A stretch of DNA of 64,000 nt from contig JAFQSU010000075.1 in assembly GCA_017409405.1 (NCBI GenBank), positions 6,785 to 70,784 on the forward strand. The letters are read 5' to 3'. The notes beneath the pieces were generated by a model, which ran no database searches, was not told where the DNA came from, and worked only from the letters and a program-made list of their open reading frames with translations. Positions 17,385 through 26,171 of this stretch are shown in pieces (within the stretch, counting starts at the first letter, position 1; each line of letters begins with the position of its first letter). The position numbers and the translations under genes were made by a program. Source of the DNA: Oscillospiraceae bacterium. GTDB taxonomy: Bacteria > Bacillota > Clostridia > Oscillospirales > JAAYXM01.

Positions 17385-18308
17385 ATGCTGTCCGTAATAA
17401 TTCCTGCATATAATGAGGAATTATCCGTAGAAAGAGCTTACTTTACAATATCGAAGATTTTAAAAGAAGCACAGATTGAAAATGAAATTATTTTTATTGA
17501 TGATGGCTCTACGGATACTACGTATGAAAAAATTAAAAAATTGGCCGATAAAGAAAAAAACATATGCGGACTGCATTTTTCAAGAAATTTTGGAAAAGAG
17601 GCAGCCATCTCAGCAGGACTTGCAAGTGCTTCCGGAGATTCTGTTGTAGTTATTGATTGCGACCTCCAACACCCTCCTGAGAAGATTGTCGAGATGTATC
17701 ATTTATGGCAGGAAGGATATGAAATTGTTGAGGGCATAAAAAAAGCAAGAGGAAAAGAAAGCAAAATGCATGGCTTTGCCTCAAGAAGATTTTATTCCAT
17801 TATCAGTTCGGTAGTTGGATTTGACATGTCAAATGCTTCTGATTTTAAACTGCTTGACCGCAAGGTTGTGGATATACTCAACAGAATTCCGGAAAGAAAG
17901 GGCTTCTTCAGAGCGATTTCATTTTGGGTGGGATTTAACAAAACAACGGTTGAATTCGAGGTTAATGAAAGACTTGAAGGCGAATCAAAATGGTCTGCCA
18001 TAGGACTTTTTAAATATGCTGTTTCAAACATTTCCGCCTACTCAACAGCACCAATGCAGATTGTAACGGTGCTTGGCGTGATGATGCTTATTATTACTGC
18101 TGTTTTCAGCGTTTGGGCACTTATTGATAAAATCCGTGGTATTGCCCTCGAGGGTATGACAACTGTAATCATTATCCTGATATTTATAGGAAGTATCATG
18201 ATGATTAGTCTTGGCATTATAGGATATTATGTTGCCCGTATTTATGATGAAATTAAAGGAAGACCGAAATATATTATTTCTTCATCTTGCAGGAGCAAGG
18301 AGGATTAA
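17385..18308 (+). CDS. GtrB-like GT2 polyprenyl-phosphate glycosyltransferase
   Basis: SVIIPAYNEE, IFIDDGSTD and DCDLQHPPE motifs plus two C-terminal TM helices, the GtrB/DPM1-like architecture. Confidence 0.8.
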   Translation: MLSVIIPAYNEELSVERAYFTISKILKEAQIENEIIFIDDGSTDTTYEKIKKLADKEKNICGLHFSRNFGKEAAISAGLASASGDSVVVIDCDLQHPPEKIVEMYHLWQEGYEIVEGIKKARGKESKMHGFASRRFYSIISSVVGFDMSNASDFKLLDRKVVDILNRIPERKGFFRAISFWVGFNKTTVEFEVNERLEGESKWSAIGLFKYAVSNISAYSTAPMQIVTVLGVMMLIITAVFSVWALIDKIRGIALEGMTTVIIILIFIGSIMMISLGIIGYYVARIYDEIKGRPKYIISSSCRSKED

Positions 18309-18332
18309 AAAACAGTTTCAAGGAGGTGTAAT

Positions 18333-19337
18333 ATGGAAAGAAACGTGCTTGTTGACAGACTGAAAGGATATGCCTGTTTTTTGGTACTGCTTGGTCATGT
18401 TATTATGGGTATAAGAGTGGCAGGCATAGATACCCCCGGTTTTTTGTGGGGAATGGAAAAGTTTATTTGGTCTTTCCATGTTGCACTTTTTCTGTTTTTG
18501 AGCGGTGTCGTGTATAAAGTTACCGGAGAGTGGAAAAGCAAGAAAACCAAATGCGGATTTATTCTATATAAGCTTTACAATCTCGGCATTCCATATATAG
18601 CTTTTTCAATTGTTTATATATTGATAAACAGCTTAGTTGGAGAAGCCAATACCGGTTTTGCCCCATCAGATATTCTGAATATATGGAAAACCCCTGTCGC
18701 CCAATATTGGTATCTTTATGCACTATTCTTTTTGTTTTGTATCTGGACAGCTTTTTCGGGGTTATTAAAAAATTGGCAAATTACAATTATAGCTGTTTTA
18801 ATTGGCTATTTGGCACCGATTTTTCGCATTCCGCTTGGAAGCCTGGATGTGGTATTTTATTCGGCACTTGCTTTTGGAATCGGCACATTTGTAGATTTCG
18901 AAAGCCTTACCAAGCTCTCACCGCTGACTAAATGCTTGGTTGTGATACTGCATATAGTAACAGGTATTATGTTTATTTTGCTAAACAAAATAGATGCTCC
19001 GTTCATAAAGGAAATAATGATACTGTTTGGAATATATTCAAGCATTATGTTTATTTCTATTCTCCGGAACTGTAAGTATATTGCTCATTTTCTCGACTTT
19101 ATAAACAAATATTCTTTTCAGATTTATTTGTTACACACCATATTTACTGCCGGAACGAGAATAATCCTGCTTCGCTTGAATATAACCAAGTGGTGGATTC
19201 ATATTCTTTTGGGAACTGCCCTCGGATTAGCATTTTCGGTGTTAGCGGCAGAAATTGCAAAGAAAGTTAAGTGTTTGAATTTCTTTTTCTTTCCGTCAAA
19301 AGCTTATGCATTGAAGAATACTGATTTTAAAAGCTAA
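18333..19337 (+). CDS. Acyltransferase family 3 membrane protein (polysaccharide O-acyltransferase)
   Basis: VDRLKGYACFLVLLGHV N-terminal motif, about 10 TM helices, last gene of the operon. Confidence 0.75.
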   Translation: MERNVLVDRLKGYACFLVLLGHVIMGIRVAGIDTPGFLWGMEKFIWSFHVALFLFLSGVVYKVTGEWKSKKTKCGFILYKLYNLGIPYIAFSIVYILINSLVGEANTGFAPSDILNIWKTPVAQYWYLYALFFLFCIWTAFSGLLKNWQITIIAVLIGYLAPIFRIPLGSLDVVFYSALAFGIGTFVDFESLTKLSPLTKCLVVILHIVTGIMFILLNKIDAPFIKEIMILFGIYSSIMFISILRNCKYIAHFLDFINKYSFQIYLLHTIFTAGTRIILLRLNITKWWIHILLGTALGLAFSVLAAEIAKKVKCLNFFFFPSKAYALKNTDFKS

Positions 19338-19370
19338 GTCGGGTCTTATTGTTGTGCGATAACTTTATTT

Positions 19371-19412
19371 AAACCCTCTGAGACGACAAAATGTTGTCTC
19401 AGAGGGTTTTTC
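19371..19412 (+). terminator. Rho-independent terminator of the polysaccharide operon
   Basis: AAACCCTCTGAGAC (19371-19384) pairs perfectly with GTCTCAGAGGGTTT (19396-19409), followed by a T run. Confidence 0.85.
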
Positions 19413-19590
19413 TATATCAAAATATGATACGCATTAAACCTGCTAAGAATTGTCAAGAGGAAAATTTATAAAACACAAATGTTACTCATTCGAGTAACAT
19501 TTACAACCCCTCCACTGTCCGGTTCTACATAAAATTGACTTGTAGACTCGCACGACGACGTCGTTTTTAGTCACTGTTTTTTGTCCGGTA

Positions 19591-19617
19591 TTGACATTTA
19601 TTTTACCTTGATATAAT
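19591..19617 (+). promoter_or_regulatory. Sigma-A-type promoter for the AraC gene
   Basis: TTGACA (19591-19596) and an extended -10 TGaTATAAT (19609-19617). The spacer is 15 nt, which is short, so this is a prediction only. Confidence 0.5.
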
Positions 19618-19649
19618 ATAAAATTAAAGATATATTCGGAGGTGAAGAC

Positions 19650-20441
19650 GTGGTCAGGATTGATGACAGGATAAATTTGCAATATGTATCGGCAGGTCTC
19701 TTTTCTACATCTCAGCAGTGGATTCATCCGCGACGAATAATTGACAGTTATGAGATAATATATGTCACTCGCGGAAATGTGCATATTGAAGAGGACGGTG
19801 TAGAGTACAGCTTGAAAAGCGGCGACGTTCTTCTTTTGCGTCCGGGAGTGCTTCATACAGGCAGCCGCATGAGTGAGGGTGAGGTCGAATTTTTCTGGGT
19901 TCATTTTATCACGGATGATATTGATTATTTTTGTCTTGACAAGGTCACTTCTGCCCGGGGTGAGTATATAACACTAAACTTATTCCGGGGGCTTCTGCAC
20001 ATAGCAAATACAGTGTCGATGCCTGAATATGCAAGGGATTTGTCTTGCGGAAGTATAATTGCCCATCTTGCATCAATGGGAAATGGGAAAGAGGCGGCAT
20101 CAACGACGGTCTTTTCCAAAATTTCAGAGTGGGTGCGTATGAATATTCGTCAGAACATGAAGGTTCGCGACATTGCGGAGATGTTCGGATACAATAAAAC
20201 GTACATAAGCCGATTGTTCAAGAAACATTCGGGGTTGACATTGAAAGACTATATAGATAAAGAGCGTATAAATTGTGCGAAAGAGCTCCTTTTGACCACT
20301 GATACAAGTGTGAAGGATATTGCGTATGAGCTGGGTTTCGGGGATGAAAATCTGTTTGTTAAATTCTTTAAGTACCATGAAAAAATGTCACCCACAAATT
20401 TTCGGAATATGTACTTTAAAATACATATGAACAATAAATAA
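19650..20441 (+). CDS. AraC-family transcriptional regulator (cupin sensor + HTH)
   Basis: GTG start after GGAGGTGAAG. The C-terminus has the paired AraC HTH (VRDIAEMFGYNKTYISRLFKK ... VKDIAYELGFGDENLFVKFFK). Confidence 0.85.
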   Translation: MVRIDDRINLQYVSAGLFSTSQQWIHPRRIIDSYEIIYVTRGNVHIEEDGVEYSLKSGDVLLLRPGVLHTGSRMSEGEVEFFWVHFITDDIDYFCLDKVTSARGEYITLNLFRGLLHIANTVSMPEYARDLSCGSIIAHLASMGNGKEAASTTVFSKISEWVRMNIRQNMKVRDIAEMFGYNKTYISRLFKKHSGLTLKDYIDKERINCAKELLLTTDTSVKDIAYELGFGDENLFVKFFKYHEKMSPTNFRNMYFKIHMNNK

Positions 20442-20536
20442 AAGAACGGAGCGGCTCCTTGCGGCATATGCCACGGGGAGCCACTTAATATTTATGAAAC
20501 AAGTCGTTTTTTCTCACTATTTACAAGTATTACTCA

Positions 20537-20565
20537 TTGATAAAGCTACAATTATTTATTAAAAT
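20537..20565 (+). promoter_or_regulatory. Sigma-A-type promoter upstream of the GH127 gene
   Basis: TTGATA (20537-20542), 17-nt spacer, TAAAAT (20560-20565), about 36 nt upstream of the ATG. Confidence 0.5.
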
Positions 20566-20601
20566 TAAAACAGAATAATAATTGTTTTTTCGGAGGTTAA
20601 A

Positions 20602-22422
20602 ATGCAAAAAGCTCAGCACATAACGTTTACGGAGCTTTCTTTTGGTGACGGCTTTTGGAAAAAACGTCAGGAAATAAACCGAACAGTTACGGCAGGTGCG
20701 GTATATGAAAGATTCAGAGATACGGGCAGGTTTGATGCGCTTGCATGCAAGTGGAAAGAGGGTATGCCCAACAAGCCGCATGAATACTGGGACAGCGATG
20801 TTGCCAAATGGATAGAGGGTGTTGCGTACATAACTGCACGCAGCCGCAACGCAGAACTTGAAAAAATTGTTGACGACACGGTTCGGGAAATTGAAAAGAA
20901 CATGTTGCCGTGCGGATACTTCAACTCATATTACATAACGCTTTTCCCCCAAGACAGATTCACGAACAGAAACAATCATGAGCTGTATTGCCTCGGCCAT
21001 TTTATAGAGGCTGCCATTGCGTACAAAAATGCTACAGGCAAGGATAAGCTTTTGCAGCTTGTGATAAAGTATGTTGATTATGTTGAACGTGTCTTTGTGA
21101 AAGAAAAAAGTGCCGGATTCTTCACTCCCGGACATCAGGAGATAGAGCTTGCGCTGTTTAAGCTCTATAAAGAAACGGGCGAGGTAAGATATTTAAAGCT
21201 TGCATCCTGCTTCTTGGAAGAGCGTGGACGGCACAGCGAAAGTCTTAATCTCCCCGAGTTTCCCGATATAGAGTTTCAGAGTCACAAGCCGGTACGTGAG
21301 CAGACAGAGGCTGTCGGTCACTGTGTGCGCGCTCTTTACATGTACGCGGCGATGGCAGATGTTGCAGGAGAAACGGAAGATGCAGAGCTCGGTTCAGTCT
21401 GTAAAACACTTTTTGACGATATAGTGACGAAAAAGATGTACATTACGGGCGGCGTCGGTTCTGACAGATACGGTGAAAGGTTCACCCATGCGTACGATTT
21501 GCCGAATGATGTTGCATATACGGAAACGTGTGCCGCCATTGCACTGATCTATTTTGCACGGCGCATGTCCGAGCTTGAAACAGATTCAAAGTATGCCGAT
21601 GTCATAGAGCGTGTTTTGTACAATGGCATGCTTTCGGGCGTATCGCTTGACGGAAAAAGGTTTTTCTATACAAATCCGCTCGAAACAGACCCGAGACTCC
21701 TTTCACGGTATGACATTTATGATGAGGCTCCGACATATCAGCCCATACAGCAGCGTGTTGAGGTGTTTGAATGTTCATGCTGTCCTCCGAATATTCTGCG
21801 GTTTATAGCCTCGGTTGAAGAATATTTCTATTCCTTCTCGGATGACACTTGTTTTGTGAATCAGTTTGCATCCGGCACACTCACACACGGGGACGTAAAA
21901 ATAACACAAAATACGGAATATCCGCGAAACGGTGAGATTAAGTTTTCCGTCTCGGGTGAGCTTGAAAAGCTTGCTATCAGAATTCCCGGCTGGTGTGAGA
22001 GCTTTGTGATTGACAGACCGTATGTGATGAAAAACGGATATGCATATATCGAAAAGCCGCAGGGGGAGATTAACCTGAGCTTTGAGATGGAACCGTTCCT
22101 TGTTCAGTCAAACCCCAATGTGACGGAAAACGGCGGCAGGGTTGCATTGCAGCGCGGCCCCATCGTATATTGCGGTGAAGGTCTGCCGGGAACAAATCTT
22201 CGCAGTATGCGGATTGTCAGCGACAGCTTTGATGAGCGGTATGACGAAAAAATCGGTGCAGTCGTTTTGACGGGTAAGCTTGAATGCGATAAGGATGACG
22301 GAGCTTTCGGGCTGTACCGCAAATATGCCGCACCGAAGGATATCGCAGAGGTTGAATTTATCCCTTATTACGCTTTTGCAAATAATGGCGAGCGTGAAAT
22401 GCTCGTTTGGTTTAATGTTTAA
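20602..22422 (+). CDS. Glycoside hydrolase family 127 (beta-L-arabinofuranosidase-like, DUF1680)
   Basis: 606 aa with no signal peptide. YTETC and, 81 residues later, ECSCCPPN match the spacing of the Glu/Cys zinc site and cysteine nucleophile described for HypBA1-type GH127. Confidence 0.8.
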   Translation: MQKAQHITFTELSFGDGFWKKRQEINRTVTAGAVYERFRDTGRFDALACKWKEGMPNKPHEYWDSDVAKWIEGVAYITARSRNAELEKIVDDTVREIEKNMLPCGYFNSYYITLFPQDRFTNRNNHELYCLGHFIEAAIAYKNATGKDKLLQLVIKYVDYVERVFVKEKSAGFFTPGHQEIELALFKLYKETGEVRYLKLASCFLEERGRHSESLNLPEFPDIEFQSHKPVREQTEAVGHCVRALYMYAAMADVAGETEDAELGSVCKTLFDDIVTKKMYITGGVGSDRYGERFTHAYDLPNDVAYTETCAAIALIYFARRMSELETDSKYADVIERVLYNGMLSGVSLDGKRFFYTNPLETDPRLLSRYDIYDEAPTYQPIQQRVEVFECSCCPPNILRFIASVEEYFYSFSDDTCFVNQFASGTLTHGDVKITQNTEYPRNGEIKFSVSGELEKLAIRIPGWCESFVIDRPYVMKNGYAYIEKPQGEINLSFEMEPFLVQSNPNVTENGGRVALQRGPIVYCGEGLPGTNLRSMRIVSDSFDERYDEKIGAVVLTGKLECDKDDGAFGLYRKYAAPKDIAEVEFIPYYAFANNGEREMLVWFNV

Positions 22423-22445
22423 TTGAAGTTCAGGAGGTCTTTGTT

Positions 22446-23492
22446 ATGAAGAAGATAAGAATCGGACTTGTAGGATGCGGAAACATGATGAGCTTCCACA
22501 TGAATGGTGTAAACAAGGTTGAGGGACTTGAGGTTGTTGCAATCTGTGATACGAATGAGGCAAACATGGCAGAGGTTGCAAAGGTTCTTGATAATCCGTT
22601 CTGCACAACGGATTACCGTGAGATGGTGGATAAGATTGATGCAATCCTCATTGCATTACCGCATCACCTTCATTTCCCCTGCGGCATGTTTTTTGCACGC
22701 CACAAGAAGCATATTCTCATGGAAAAACCGCTTTGCAACACCGAAGAAGAATGTCTTCGCCTTATAAAAGAATGTGAAGACAACGAGGTTGTCCTTATGT
22801 GCGGTTATCCTGTCCGCTACATGCCCGGAATCCTCAAGCTCAAGGAAATGGTAGACAGCGGAGAATACGGCAAGATTATGCAGATGTCCGTCTGGACAGA
22901 ACAGCTTACAACCTGCACAGACCAGGACTGGGTAGGAACCTCCTGCCTTGGCGGCGGTCAGCTTTTCAGCCACGGCTGTCACTATATCGACCTTTTGCTC
23001 TGGTTCTGCGGAAACCCCGTTTCCGGTGCGCACTTCGGAACAAACGTCGGTACTCCGTGGATGCTCAAAGAGGGCACAAGTGCCGTTACAATGTCGTTTG
23101 AAAACGGTGCGATAGGATATCACGGTGCAACTTGGGGCGCAAGAGGTACCCGTATGGGATATGACTTCCAGATAATGATGGAAAAGGGACTTCTTGAATA
23201 TGACCACCAGACGGGTGAGGTCAAGGTGTACGACAAGACAAAGCTTCATAAGCCCGGCGAGCTTGATCACAGCGCAGGCGATTATGAATTGATTTGTAAA
23301 TATGAAGGCAACGACGGCAAGCAGACACAGTATGAAATGTCGCACTTTGTTGATTGCATAGTAAACAAAAAGAAGCCGTTTACCGACGGACTTTCAGCAC
23401 TGAAGGGACTTCGTGTAATATGGGAGCTCTACAACGCAGAAAACAATCATACGCTTGCAGATCTGCGCGGTATGGGACTATCCGAAGAATAA
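22446..23492 (+). CDS. Gfo/Idh/MocA-family NAD(P)-dependent oxidoreductase
   Basis: IGLVGCGNM Rossmann motif and ILMEKP motif, no signal peptide, 23 nt after the GH127 gene. Confidence 0.8.
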   Translation: MKKIRIGLVGCGNMMSFHMNGVNKVEGLEVVAICDTNEANMAEVAKVLDNPFCTTDYREMVDKIDAILIALPHHLHFPCGMFFARHKKHILMEKPLCNTEEECLRLIKECEDNEVVLMCGYPVRYMPGILKLKEMVDSGEYGKIMQMSVWTEQLTTCTDQDWVGTSCLGGGQLFSHGCHYIDLLLWFCGNPVSGAHFGTNVGTPWMLKEGTSAVTMSFENGAIGYHGATWGARGTRMGYDFQIMMEKGLLEYDHQTGEVKVYDKTKLHKPGELDHSAGDYELICKYEGNDGKQTQYEMSHFVDCIVNKKKPFTDGLSALKGLRVIWELYNAENNHTLADLRGMGLSEE

Positions 23493-23507
23493 AAGGAGGA
23501 GAAAACA

Positions 23508-26102
23508 GTGAAAAAGAATCATTTTTTACGCATCTTTAGCATAGCATTTGTTATTTGTATGGCAGTTGCCTTACTGCCGACCGTTTTTGCGTCAGATACG
23601 GAATATGCGATGTCGGGCATTACGGTGCAGTATTCTTTCGATAAGCAAGATTATCAGTCACTGACAACAGGAAAAGAAATAAGCTATTTAAATACAAGCG
23701 GAAGAGTACAATACGATTCATTTTACGGCACAAAGCCGGTTGTTGATAATTTCGGATGGTTCCGAAATGCGATGAGTCTCTATATACTTGAGGGACAGTA
23801 TTATGCATTCAGAATACGAATTCCGAATGCCGGGTGGTATGCTGTAAGTGTAGGATACAACACTCACAGCAGTGCAACGCAGGGTGAAATGTATATACTT
23901 CCAAGTACAACGACGGACATAGCAGCAACACTAAAAAAGGAAGATCCTGTTCTTACAGTAAACTTCAATGGAGTTGATTCGCTGCAAACAGCAGCAATTC
24001 CGTTTACAACTGATACTAAGCTGTTTAAAGCTGAAGCTGCCGGAGAATATTATCTGGTATGGACGGGGACCGGAACGACAAATGCACAGAATCGCCATTA
24101 TTTACTTCCTCGTCTTGTAACACTCAATGGTGGGGATGAAGCTCCGGTTGTTATGTATGCTGAAAGTGAACTTTCAAAAAATACTATAGATTCAATTATC
24201 GGTGAAACGGCTACAATTTCGACAACAACGGCAAAGATGAGTGATGGTACAGACGCTACAGCCACTGATATTGAAAAGCTTACGTATGTAAGCTCGGACG
24301 TCAATATTGCTACTGTATCAGGTAACACGGTAACTGCAGTTTCAAAAGGCAATGTGAAGATTTACACAATGAGCGGAGATTTGAAAGTTGCCGAAAATGA
24401 AATCACAGTTGAAATGAGTGAGATTGTAAAATCAGGAATTACGGTAAAGTATTCTTTTGATAAGCAAGATTATCAGTCACTGACAACAGGAAAAGAAATA
24501 AGCTATTTAAACACCGGAGAAAGAATAGAGTACGATTCATTTTATGGAACAAAGCCGGTTGTTGATAATTTTTCCTGGTTTCGAAATGCTATGAGCCTCT
24601 ATATACTTGAGGGGCAGTACTATGCATTCAGAATACAAATTCCGAAAGCCGGATGGTATGACGTAAGTGTGGGATATAACACTCACAGCAGTGCAACGCA
24701 GGGTGAAATGTATATACTTCCAAGTACAACGACGGACATAGCAGCAACACTAAAAAAGGAAGATCCTGTTCTTACGGTCAACTTTAATGGAGTTGATTCG
24801 CCGCAAACAGCAGCAATTCCGTTTACAACTGATACTAAGTTGTTTGAAGCTGAAGCTGCCGGAGAATATTATCTGGTATGGACGGGGACCGGAACGACGA
24901 ATGCACAGAATCGTCATTACGTCCTTCCACGTCTCGTAACACTCAACGGCGGGGACAGTGCTGCTCTTATGGGAACTAAGATATCATCCGATAAAAGAGT
25001 TATAGCACTTGCCGGTGAGGAAACGGCACAGGTTACGGCGATAGGCTATCTTTCAACAACAGGTGAGGCTGTAGGTTTTACGTACAGTTCGGAAAACCCG
25101 TCTGTTGCAACAGTTTCTGCAGACGGTACCGTAACTGCGAAGAACGGCGGTGTTGCAAAGATTACTGCTACCTGCACAAACGCTGTTTCAGGAAACAACT
25201 CACTTTCGACCATGATTGTTGTTGATGAACCGTCAAACACCGTTTCTTTCGGTGCAGATTCAAACGTTAACGGCGTAAGTATAACAACAAATATCAGCGG
25301 ATACACACAAGGTGAAGTTACCTCGGTTTCTCTGGAAACACCCGTTACGGTCACTGCGAAAAAAACAGTGGATGACTATGTTTTCCGCGGCTGGGTTCGC
25401 GGCTCCGAAAGTGGAGGAAGATTCATCTCAAATGAGACCGAATACAGCTTCAATGCAATGAAAAACACATACCTTACAGCAATATACACACTCGCGGCAG
25501 ACAAAGAGTATTATGCATGGAACGGCGAGTTCCTCGGTACTGAGGAGCCGGAGGAACCCGAAGTTCTCGGATATGTCTTTGATGAATGGAAGCCGAGTGA
25601 GGATGCTGATGTAACACGTTATGTAGCACAGTATACGCAGGCTGCTGATGAGTACAACGTTACATATAACGGCGTTACGAATAAATACAAATTCAACGAT
25701 AAGGTCGTTCTCGAGTCGAACACAGCGGTATACTGGTACCGAAATGACAAGCTTGTGGACTACGGCACCGAATACACATTCTATGTATGGGATGATGCAA
25801 CGGTAAAGACATCTTCAGAGGGTCATGAGCTTCCGATAGTTGTGCTTGATGCAAAGGTTAAGGACAATAACTTTATGATTGAGTATGACAATGCAGGCAA
25901 GGAAATTGTTGAAGTAGGTATTCTTTTCGGCAATGCAGGTTCGGTACCCACCGTTTCCTCCTGCTATGAGAACATGAACTCACAGCGTGAAAATGTTTCT
26001 CACGGTCAGTTTACGGCACGTGCTGACCGATATACAAATGCGCGCGGATACCTCATATACAGGGACAGCGATGACAGCTTTAAAGTAATATACTCCGAAT
26101 AA
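23508..26102 (+). CDS. Secreted multidomain protein: 2 copies of an unassigned CBM-like module, Big_2-like Ig domains and InlB-B/Flg_new-like repeats
   Basis: Signal peptide ending VFA|SD. Two 174-aa modules lie 273 aa apart. Big_2-like segments (e.g. VSSDVNIATVSGNTVTAVSKGNVKIY). YVFRGW and GYVFDEW repeats. No anchor motif seen. Confidence 0.75.
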   Translation: MKKNHFLRIFSIAFVICMAVALLPTVFASDTEYAMSGITVQYSFDKQDYQSLTTGKEISYLNTSGRVQYDSFYGTKPVVDNFGWFRNAMSLYILEGQYYAFRIRIPNAGWYAVSVGYNTHSSATQGEMYILPSTTTDIAATLKKEDPVLTVNFNGVDSLQTAAIPFTTDTKLFKAEAAGEYYLVWTGTGTTNAQNRHYLLPRLVTLNGGDEAPVVMYAESELSKNTIDSIIGETATISTTTAKMSDGTDATATDIEKLTYVSSDVNIATVSGNTVTAVSKGNVKIYTMSGDLKVAENEITVEMSEIVKSGITVKYSFDKQDYQSLTTGKEISYLNTGERIEYDSFYGTKPVVDNFSWFRNAMSLYILEGQYYAFRIQIPKAGWYDVSVGYNTHSSATQGEMYILPSTTTDIAATLKKEDPVLTVNFNGVDSPQTAAIPFTTDTKLFEAEAAGEYYLVWTGTGTTNAQNRHYVLPRLVTLNGGDSAALMGTKISSDKRVIALAGEETAQVTAIGYLSTTGEAVGFTYSSENPSVATVSADGTVTAKNGGVAKITATCTNAVSGNNSLSTMIVVDEPSNTVSFGADSNVNGVSITTNISGYTQGEVTSVSLETPVTVTAKKTVDDYVFRGWVRGSESGGRFISNETEYSFNAMKNTYLTAIYTLAADKEYYAWNGEFLGTEEPEEPEVLGYVFDEWKPSEDADVTRYVAQYTQAADEYNVTYNGVTNKYKFNDKVVLESNTAVYWYRNDKLVDYGTEYTFYVWDDATVKTSSEGHELPIVVLDAKVKDNNFMIEYDNAGKEIVEVGILFGNAGSVPTVSSCYENMNSQRENVSHGQFTARADRYTNARGYLIYRDSDDSFKVIYSE
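23616..24137 (+). repeat. Unassigned 174-aa module, copy 1 (coding repeat)
   Basis: GITVQYSFDKQDY...PRLVTLNGGD. Hand alignment to copy 2 gives 12 differences in 174 residues with no gaps. Confidence 0.9.
24435..24956 (+). repeat. Unassigned 174-aa module, copy 2 (coding repeat, 819 nt downstream of copy 1)
   Basis: GITVKYSFDKQDY...PRLVTLNGGD. It contains a 98-nt run (24678-24775) identical to 23859-23956. Confidence 0.9.
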
Positions 26103-26171
26103 GTTTGAACGAATGCGGGGCGCGAAGAGTTATCTCCGCGTCCTGCGGCTATAAATACAGGGAGGAATATA

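Noticed and set aside
19482-19904. 140-aa minus-strand ORF spanning the AraC promoter and 5' coding region
   Set aside because: It overlaps the predicted promoter, RBS and first 85 codons of the AraC gene. It has no RBS and no recognisable fold signature.
22656-23345. 229-aa ORF on the minus strand
   Set aside because: It lies entirely antisense to the Gfo/Idh/MocA gene, whose plus-strand product has clear family motifs. It has no RBS and an odd composition, so it is a shadow ORF of a GC-richer gene.
23616-24956. The 819-nt periodic repeats as a CRISPR-like or mobile-element repeat array
   Set aside because: The repeats are in frame within a single long ORF and encode a folded-looking domain. 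There are no short spacers, cas genes, terminal inverted repeats or transposase.
26103-26171. GC-rich imperfect palindrome between the two large exported-protein genes as a terminator or riboswitch
   Set aside because: The arms pair only about 10 of 13 positions, there is no T tract, and the 69-nt gap is too short for a known riboswitch class. At most it is a weak attenuator.
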